NCBI GenBank assembly: GCA_946965045.2
Contig: OX337239.1
Span: forward strand, 868,001-932,000
Direction: 5' to 3'
DNA: 64,000 nt
Source: Epithemia pelagica
Taxonomy: Eukaryota > Protista > Bacillariophyta
Both the position numbers and the translations under genes were made by a program. Shown here piece by piece: positions 56,458-64,000 of this stretch (the stretch's first letter is position 1; every line of letters starts with the position of its first letter). The notes beneath the pieces were generated by a model. The model worked only from the letters and a program-made list of their open reading frames with translations. It was not told where the DNA came from and searched no databases.

Positions 56458-57405
56458 TTAGACATTGGAGTTCATTTGGGCGAGAGCAATGTGTCGAGCA
56501 AAGAGACGAGACGCTCGACTAACGTTTTGGCACTCGCGACGCAATTCTTCGGCCATTGCATCATTTTGGTAGCAACCAGAAGAGGAGGAGGAGGAAGAAG
56601 AAGCACCACCACAAGTGTTCACTGCTGCCGCGGGAGCAAAGGTTTCTTGTATCTCATAAACCAAATGAACCAATCGGATGCGTCGCTGGTACTTGTCCTT
56701 GTAAATGCCTCGGCACATTTGTCGTTCGACACCCACCAACATGTCTCCAAAGTCTTCATGTTCATACAAGTACATGAGTTTGCGTTCTTCGGCCTTGGTC
56801 AGAATGCTACCGCCACCACGAGATTTACTAGTCGAGTTGATGGAGGTATGACTGCTTCGACTTGTTTCCGATGAGCAATGATGCAGCGGCGGTCGCGGTT
56901 CCATGGTGGTGAGACAACAGGCGCTGTAGAGGTTCAACAAGGTGGCTTGGCAAAAGGGCTCTTCCCCATTTTCATCCGCTCGACTTTGTTCGGCCAAGGC
57001 CAAGGATTTGGCCAAATGTGTGTTGGTTGCCTTAAAGAGTCGATAGTCATCTTGCGAGTACCACAAGTTGTCGCAATCTTCTGCAGTCAAATCAATTTCG
57101 GGATCAATCCAGGTAATAAAGGATGATTGTTTGCCGAAATGCACGTTCTTGGAGTGCGAGACGGAGGTTGAAGAGGAAGAAGAACGAATACTAGAAGCAG
57201 CAGTGGAAGAAGCAGTAGAGGAGGAATGATCCTCAAGCAACAACGTTTGCGGCTTGTGTTGACTAGGATGGTCCACGGTGAGAGTGGAACACATGGATCC
57301 ATCATCATTGCGTGATGGTTGCTTTTTCACGGTAGATTGGGATGGTTGGGAAGGTGCCTGTTGCACTCTAAGAAGAACCTGTTGTACGATATCTCGTGCT
57401 CTCAT
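56458..57405 (-). CDS. Uncharacterised Ser-rich protein
   Basis: ATG at 57405, 315 codons. Conserved-looking islands KNVHF..DCDNLWYSQDDYRLFK and LVGVERQM..RRIRLVHLVYEIQ..LRRECQNVSRASRLFAR within low complexity. Confidence 0.75.
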   Translation of the reverse strand: MRARDIVQQVLLRVQQAPSQPSQSTVKKQPSRNDDGSMCSTLTVDHPSQHKPQTLLLEDHSSSTASSTAASSIRSSSSSTSVSHSKNVHFGKQSSFITWIDPEIDLTAEDCDNLWYSQDDYRLFKATNTHLAKSLALAEQSRADENGEEPFCQATLLNLYSACCLTTMEPRPPLHHCSSETSRSSHTSINSTSKSRGGGSILTKAEERKLMYLYEHEDFGDMLVGVERQMCRGIYKDKYQRRIRLVHLVYEIQETFAPAAAVNTCGGASSSSSSSSGCYQNDAMAEELRRECQNVSRASRLFARHIALAQMNSNV

Positions 57406-59505
57406 GGTAAAGAATGATTATATAAAGAAGTGCCGTTGTTTGTTCTTGGTGTGTGGTTATGTTTTGTCTCTCCAAAGAAGGAACCAGGATGGGTAATCGT
57501 CGTTTGGCGTGCCCTTGCTTGGAACAAAATTGTGACGACCCTTTTGCGCACACAGATCGTGAAGCACCCAAAGCCGGAATATATGCGTGTATCTTGGCAG
57601 GGACGATGCTGGTTATTTTAACACAAAGCTGCCGTTCAAACAAATTGTACGATGCGCAACTATCAATCTTGGTGTCAGCCACTTGGCTGGGGTCATAAGT
57701 AAAATCCAAAAGACCACACGAGTAACTCTACCAAGTCAACTAACGAACAGATCCAACAAAATCGAAAGGGCAATATTTCATATAATTGCCTCTCTAGATG
57801 GGAAATCTATTGCGCTTTACCCAAGCGGGTGCTGTGTGTAGTCAGAAAATTTCCAGCGGCTCAGAAACTCAAAGTACATTATGATCTAGGGTGTTCATAT
57901 ATTTCAATTTTCTCACCCGCCATGAGTAGTGTCGCACAACATGTGTTTCTTGTTAAGCCTCTCAATAGCCCTCATAAAGGGATTCGTTCAATCGTACTGT
58001 TCAGAAGATCGATACTCTTATAATTGCCATCTCGCAAGAGGGCTAAGTTATCCGCAGTCCTACCAATATCTTGCTTTTATCCTGTCTCTTGCAACCTAAT
58101 CGAACAGCATCTTTTTCTGGACATACCATCCCAACCAGACACGCGCGACAAGCCATCGATTCGACTTTAGACTCTTTGTGTACATGTGCTCTTAATGGTG
58201 GGGAATGAACATTCGAATCTGGCTGCGCGTTATTGGACACGAACACCCATAAAGGTTTTGGTGGGAAGTGGGATCGCTCGTGCTCGTTCCCAAAGCAATG
58301 CCTTGGTCGCAATCAACAATCTCAAAATCAATCTCTCCTGCCCCTCCCCCAAAATGTAACTCGAACTTGCGCGTCGGAAAAGCTCGTCCCATACCAAACA
58401 TCAATGATCATCATCTCCTCAAACACCGAGATTGCCCGTTCACTTTCACTGGGCACCCAATGCTTCATAGCTCGGGTGAATAATTGCATCACAAGAGAGA
58501 AAGCCTCGTCGTCGTGGCTGTTGGTTGGTTGCGCGGTGGGGGTCTTCTCCACGACGACACAAGTCATTGCACGAGCCGAACAGGGCATTGTGGTGGTTGA
58601 TGTCAGTGTGCATGACTCGGTGCTTTGTGTGACCCCCAGAATGCGTGTTTCTGCAAAACTGCGCTTTTCTCTTTCCAAATAGCATCATGAGGTAGAAAGG
58701 AGCAACCCTGGTGCCTCTATTGCAAGGTCTTGTTGATGAAGAACCATCCATCCTCTGGGGGCACTGACTGTGGTTGAATGACAATTTTTGTTGCAATATA
58801 GCTTGTGATGTTAGTGTGTTCTATTCGTTTGTGACGATTTCTTGGAGATGGTACAAGCCCCTATCTAGTTTCTATTTGCGCAAAGGAACATGGAGTGGTT
58901 GTTGTTGGAGGCGCAATGAAAGGAACAAATCTTTATTCGTCTTGGTGTTGTTTTGTATAGGTCCTTGCCTTTTTCGTACCGTACATTGTGTCCCATACCG
59001 AACTGGCGAGTGTCTGTCGTTTTTCGATACAAAAAATCACATTCCAACGACCGCCACTTGCAATTTGCAGGCTTTTGATCTAGGTAGTCTATTCGGTAGT
59101 GGTATGTACTTGTCACTCTGTACTCTGTAGGTGTCGTCCTTGTGCCGAAGAAGCCAGTCTCTATATTGCTAAGGTTACCTTCTATCCTCTTTGCAGGCTT
59201 ACCATTTTCGTTTCACATACACATGTTCTACCCATACCACGAACATAAGAAAAGTCGATACAAGGAAAGAGATTTGACGAAGATTCTGGACAGAAAGGGC
59301 GACTAAGGGCGACCTCTACACCACGAAAAGCGACTGGATCATGGAAGGTCATGGTCACTACTTCTCCGTACTTTGAATAATTTTACGATCAGGCAAAAGT
59401 GAAAGGGCTGTTTCGCGCATTGGTTTTGAAATTTTAGTAGAAATAGTACTGAGTCCTACGTGCAAACGCACCTCCGCCGTGGACGACCATGGCGGATTCT
59501 AACCC

Positions 59506-60146
59506 CGACGGCATGGCTGATGAGGCTACCCCAAGCGCCCAACCAGTTGATAATCAAGCCATCTCTTACGAAGGTGATGCGGCATCCTTCCTTCCTTTTT
59601 CTCATCGCGTGCAACATCTTTTGTTGCTGTGATCATTGTTGGTTTCTAACAACTGGCGTTTCTCCTTTCTTCAATTGACCCTCAAAATAACTGACCTTTC
59701 TAAACCCACCGAACAAGCTAATGTAACTGACCTATCTACACACACCGAACAAGTGAACAACTGACCTTTCTTAACTCACCGAATATTCTCAAGGTGTCTG
59801 TTGGTCTCAATACTCCGGATTGGCACTGACGCATCTTCATTCCCTCTTATCTTCAGTCTGAGCAACTCCTCACCCATGCTCACGACGGCATGGCTAATGA
59901 GGCCAGTCCAAGCACCAACTGTTGCTAACCCAGCCATCTCTTTCAACTGACCTTTTCTATACACACCGACCAAGCTACTCTTAACTGACCTTTTCTATAC
60001 ACACCGACCAAGCCACCAATTGACCTTTCTCAACACACCGAACAATCTCAAGATGTCAGCTCCTTCCTGTTGGTCTCAGGACTCCGGATTGGCACTGACT
60101 CTCCACTGCCTCTTATTTTAATTATGAGCAACTCCTCACCCATGCT
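59506..60146. repeat. Nested direct-repeat array: two higher-order units, each X block + three ~35-bp repeats + Y block
   Basis: Repeat ACTGACCTTT(T)CTAxACxCACCGAxCAAG at about 59690, 59726, 59760, 59946, 59984 and 60019. X block (cgacggcatggct.atgaggc..agccatctct) at 59506 and 59883. Y block (..ctccggattggcactgac..tgagcaactcctcacccatgct) ends at 59879 and 60146. Confidence 0.9.
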
Positions 60147-61060
60147 TAAGCAACTGCGCCTTTTCTGTCGGTTGATCTCTGCATTCCACCTCTGGCTATG
60201 CTTCCCACCTTCAGTCTCCATATTACACCCTCTCCACTCCATCCGCCTATGTGGCTCTTTCTACCCATCGACTCCCACGTGCTGAGGTTACCAGTACTGA
60301 ACTGTTTCTTCATTGAATCTCCCCTGATGCTGTTCTTTCAGCTGTTACTTCAAGTCTCTATGCCTTAAAGGAATTTCCATCCCTCTACGGTATTTGGCTT
60401 GTTTTGAATATGCCACCGCACTCTACACCCCATGTTTTGAGTTCCAGATGCAACTCTTCTAATCAAGCTTCTTCCTTCCGGAACTGCACATTTCAGCTCC
60501 CGTGGTAATTTCGTTTGTTCTGAAGATCCACCTTTCCCCCTCTGCTTGAACCCTGCAAACTACACATTGCATGCCCCATTTCATCACCTCCCTTTCACTA
60601 TGTCATTCATTGTCCATCCAACTTTACATGCAAGCTTGAACTTGGCGCCGACTTATACTGCACTCTTCCGCCCCTTGACCTTCATCTCGCACCGAATAAC
60701 TACCATCACTACCTGGTAGGTAGACCTGTTAGTCCTCGCCTCTTGACTGAGGCCGGGCGCGTCGGTCGACTCACTCCGCGTGGGTGAGCACGGCAGCGTT
60801 AAAATAGACTACCACTTTTTTTTTTTTTTTCTTCTCCGTACTTTGAAAGTCATAGTAAAATCGAATTGTTGTCGATTTGGATCCCCCGGGGAGAGCAAGA
60901 GGCGAGAAAAGGAGAGCATTGTGATTGTGACGAGGACCTTCTTCTTCGACACGATCATACAAGAGAGACAACCGTTTGTGTTTTGTTTCTACTAGCTACG
61001 ACAAGTTCTACACTGCCGTGGAACTTTGTTTCTTGCTGGAAAAACTAGAGTAGCATCGTC

Positions 61061-63310
61061 ATGGTGTGGCGACGAATGAGGACGTTTGTGGCACTGGCCG
61101 TGGTGGTTGTTCCATGGCTCCTCATGGGCCTCCTCCCCACCCCCAATCCCTTGTTGGTCATGGCCAACGAGGAGGAGGAGGTAGTGGACGAACCAGGGAT
61201 TGAACCAGTACTGCAGCAGGAAGAAGAAGATGACGAAAAGATGGAAGAGGACAACGACCGCCCGAACCAAGTCATGGCCGATATTGAGGAGCCTGATGTC
61301 CTCGGTGACGACCCAACGGACAAGGTGATCCAAAAGAAGGCCGCACCCTTGGAACTTCCTGTATTGAAAACAGCTCAACAGGAAACGCAGGATGAAAAGG
61401 TTGCAGCAACAGCTCGACAGGATCGTGGTTCCGAATCCTTGCTCGAGCGAGACGTTAAAACTCTCGGCAATGCCGAGGACGCCCTGGAGGTCTTCGCCAA
61501 TGAGGATACGGAGCAAGAGTCTGTTGAGGACGACCAGAACGCAAAACCATTGGACAACGAGGAGGATCCGGAGGAAGCGGGGGATGTCGATACTGAAGCA
61601 GAAAATGCAGAAGCAAACGAAAAGGGTGACGAAGACAAGACTGAGGAGGAGGAAGAAGAAGAAGAAGAAGAAGACACTGAGGTCGAGGATCGAGAAGTAA
61701 ACAATGACTTCGAGGAAGAGGAGAGTGGAGGTGAAAAAGAGTTCTTTGACCAGTTCCATGACACAAATCATCAGGATCGGTGGAATCCTCCTCATTCCTC
61801 CTCGGGGGCACTCAAAGCCCGCATGGCTGGTAAATTGCGGACGGACCATGTCGATGTCAATGAATTGACCACTCGTATTTCTCGGCTCAAACAAGAACGA
61901 AATCGATTTGGACGGGTCAATCGTTTTGGTCAAGAAAACCTACGCCGTCGTCATGAGCGCTACCAGGCTCGTGTCGCCGAACTGGAAATGAGACAACAAC
62001 AAGGGCGAGCTGAGGGAGCTACACGAACCATGGAATCGCACAAACCCTTTTCCAGAGAATACATTGAACGAAAGCAAAAAATTCTGGAATCCATTGCCAA
62101 GAGAAAGGGAACTCGAATTGCCAATAAGGTGGAACAGCGATGGAAACAAGTAGAGGCATCTGGAGGAGAAGTGAAATTGCCCTTTCGAAAGGAACTACAA
62201 AAACCACGCCTGGCCGAACGTGTACCCATTGTACGACGTGCTTTTAAAATGCTTCCGGAAGAAGAATTGATTCTCGATACGACCATGTCCTTTGTTCACG
62301 GTATTTTTTATGGACTCTATTCCAAGACCAACGGACCACTGTCCGTTGAGAAAAAGGGGGCATTGATGGATTGGCTCAACTTACTTAGTGTCACGTTGCC
62401 CGAGGAGTGGGCCATTCATGATATGATTGAAACCTTGGCTTCCCGCATCCACTGGATATCCAGTAAAGAAGAGAATCTCCATCGTGTGATTCGCGATTTC
62501 AAAATCAAACGCAAGGGATGGAGTGCATCCTGTTCGCAAAATGGGGCTGACTCGGGATTTACCTGTGGCTTTTGGAAAATCTTACATACTGTGTCTATTG
62601 GTTTGGCACAACATCGAGGAGGTCAAACCTTGATTGATTCTGGAATGCGTCGCCCTAATGCCCGCGTCTTTTCCCCCGCCGATGCTGCCAACATTGTCAA
62701 AAAGTATATGGAACACTTTTTCTTGTGCGATTCCTGTACAGACAAGTTCACGGCCATTTACAATGATTGTTCCAGAAATCGGCGATGCGATCGTTTAGCT
62801 ACCCATGCCGAGTTGGCCTCCGATGACGACTGGAAGGAAATGGCCAAGTGGTTGTGGGAATTGCACAATGACATTAGTGTTTCTATTGTCAAGGAAAACT
62901 CCCAGAAATTCAAGTCTCAAACCAGAAGAACTACGCCATTGATTTCCACATCTCCGTCCCTGGCAACCATTGGTGCCTTGTGGCCAAGTATGGAAGATTG
63001 TTTGAAATGCTTTGGCGACGACGGGTCGTGGAATGAGGATGCCGTCTTTTTGTACTTGGAAATGGAGTATTGGCCCGATCAAGAAGATGCTCGCATGACG
63101 CGATTGTTGCAATTTGACGAGGATTATTACAACAATGGTTGGGCCAGCTTTTCCTTGTTTGTCGTCCTCCTTGTAGTGGGTGCTGTCTTGGGTTATACCC
63201 TGATTCAAAATCGTATTGCCTTGCAAAAAACCATTCTCATGGTTCGAACCACTGCAACCGCCGCCATGGCCGGTGGAGGACGTGTTGGTGGCAGTAAACG
63301 ATCCGAGTAA
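61061..63310 (+). CDS. Erv/ALR-fold sulfhydryl oxidase (QSOX-like C-terminal half), type I membrane protein
   Basis: Signal peptide; FTCGFWKILHTVSIG; HFFLCDSC (redox CxxC); WLWELHND; WPSMEDCLKC; C-terminal TM. Long acidic/coiled N-terminus; no thioredoxin WCxxC. Confidence 0.88.
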   Translation: MVWRRMRTFVALAVVVVPWLLMGLLPTPNPLLVMANEEEEVVDEPGIEPVLQQEEEDDEKMEEDNDRPNQVMADIEEPDVLGDDPTDKVIQKKAAPLELPVLKTAQQETQDEKVAATARQDRGSESLLERDVKTLGNAEDALEVFANEDTEQESVEDDQNAKPLDNEEDPEEAGDVDTEAENAEANEKGDEDKTEEEEEEEEEEDTEVEDREVNNDFEEEESGGEKEFFDQFHDTNHQDRWNPPHSSSGALKARMAGKLRTDHVDVNELTTRISRLKQERNRFGRVNRFGQENLRRRHERYQARVAELEMRQQQGRAEGATRTMESHKPFSREYIERKQKILESIAKRKGTRIANKVEQRWKQVEASGGEVKLPFRKELQKPRLAERVPIVRRAFKMLPEEELILDTTMSFVHGIFYGLYSKTNGPLSVEKKGALMDWLNLLSVTLPEEWAIHDMIETLASRIHWISSKEENLHRVIRDFKIKRKGWSASCSQNGADSGFTCGFWKILHTVSIGLAQHRGGQTLIDSGMRRPNARVFSPADAANIVKKYMEHFFLCDSCTDKFTAIYNDCSRNRRCDRLATHAELASDDDWKEMAKWLWELHNDISVSIVKENSQKFKSQTRRTTPLISTSPSLATIGALWPSMEDCLKCFGDDGSWNEDAVFLYLEMEYWPDQEDARMTRLLQFDEDYYNNGWASFSLFVVLLVVGAVLGYTLIQNRIALQKTILMVRTTATAAMAGGGRVGGSKRSE

Positions 63311-63757
63311 TCGTGGCAAGACAGGACCCTGGGTCTTTACACAACAATTGTTAAAACTTAAGAAAAAACAGTCCATGAGGGAAGATTGGGAACAGGGAGT
63401 GATTGATTCTACGCTGATTGTTCGACATCTCTCTCTCCAAGGGTAAAACAAGCCAGTAATACATTTTATAGTTCAAATGTAGAAACCTTTAGCTTTTGTC
63501 ATGAGCAGTGTTTGATTCATTCTTTTCCCGTGAGTGATAACTATGTGTATCTAACTATTTTTTTTATCGTTAGGGTGTCTTATTGCATTTCCGTGATATG
63601 GGAGAGTAAATGCGAGCGTGTTGATGATACTATCTATGTGTTAGTCGATGGCCGTTGCTCCGAACAACAGCCCCTGGCCACACACAAAGAAGAAATGGAG
63701 AAGGAGGGAGGGAGGGATGTGTGGTTTGACATTTCACTCTTGGAAAGGAAGGCATTC

Positions 63758-64000
63758 CTAAACAATCGTCGTTTTCCTCGTCTCGTCCGCTGCTTCTGGA
63801 ATGGGTTCGTACTCGGCTTTGGGAACCGCGTCTTCGTAGTTGGTACTAATCACGGTACAAATGTTTTCGTCGGAGGGTGCCTTGGTCCATCCCAGTTTCC
63901 ATGCCACGACGCAGTACAATCCCAAAATGGCAGCTTCCAAAATGCCATAATACAATGGGACACCCAGGGCTTCGGCCAATTGGGCACCCGAAAAGGCCGT
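63758..64000 (-). CDS. 3' end of a probable SBF/BASS (bile acid:sodium symporter-like) transporter; partial
   Basis: Open frame from the window edge: TAFSGAQLAEALGVPLYYGILEAAILGLYCVVAWKLGWTKAP..STNYE. Family assignment is from recalled resemblance only. Confidence 0.55.
   Translation of the reverse strand, partial: TAFSGAQLAEALGVPLYYGILEAAILGLYCVVAWKLGWTKAPSDENICTVISTNYEDAVPKAEYEPIPEAADETRKTTIV

Noticed and set aside
58043-58682. Overlapping 70-150-codon ORFs on both strands, possibly a frameshifted gene remnant
   Set aside because: No recognisable motif or consistent splice/frameshift model; cannot be supported.
59690-60045. ~28-nt repeats with short intervening sequences, superficially CRISPR-like
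   Set aside because: Intervening sequences are only 6-9 nt, repeats are degenerate and non-palindromic, there are no cas genes and the context is eukaryotic.
60816-60830. T15 tract as a retroposon poly(A) tail
   Set aside because: No adjacent element body or TSD; it lies in the promoter region of the oxidase gene and is more simply a poly(dA:dT) tract.
1-64000. tRNA, rRNA or telomeric repeats
   Set aside because: No cloverleaf, rRNA-like segment or telomere array was recognised by eye; tRNAscan-SE/Infernal would be needed to exclude small ncRNAs.

Overview
Gene-dense eukaryotic nuclear DNA, most likely from a diatom. This is an inference from short GT-AG introns with GTACGT/GTAAGT/GTGAGT donors, bipartite plastid-type presequences and many Thr/Gln/Ser low-complexity insertions. 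About 26 protein-coding loci are supported. Recognisable ones: PAP2 lipid phosphate phosphatase, CAF-1 p60, aquaglyceroporin, SGT1, a PPP phosphatase, a stand-alone phosphotransacetylase N-terminal (BioD-like/DRTGG) protein, a lumenal thioredoxin-like protein, an ELO elongase, RsmG, a bacterial-type SAM methyltransferase (disrupted), a pore-less voltage-sensor-like protein, a COPI-associated-type membrane protein, a PPR protein, a myosin, an Erv/QSOX-type sulfhydryl oxidase and the 3' end of a probable SBF/BASS transporter. Several orphans are also present. I saw no rRNA, tRNA or CRISPR array and no coherent pathway cluster. The most notable unexplained structures are: (i) a 304-bp MITE with ~30-bp TIRs, a TAAA target duplication and an internal 20-bp perfect hairpin (40290-40593); (ii) a head-to-head pair of highly diverged orphan paralogues sharing an intron position (28364-32077); (iii) a ~184-bp copy of an orphan gene's coding sequence sandwiched between ~140-bp direct repeats (13247-13735); (iv) a bacterial-type methyltransferase broken by a stop plus a 7-bp duplication resembling a transposon footprint; (v) a nested repeat array at 59500-60150; (vi) a -1 frameshift at a T7 run in the last helix of the aquaglyceroporin. 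All calls were made by eye, without database searches.
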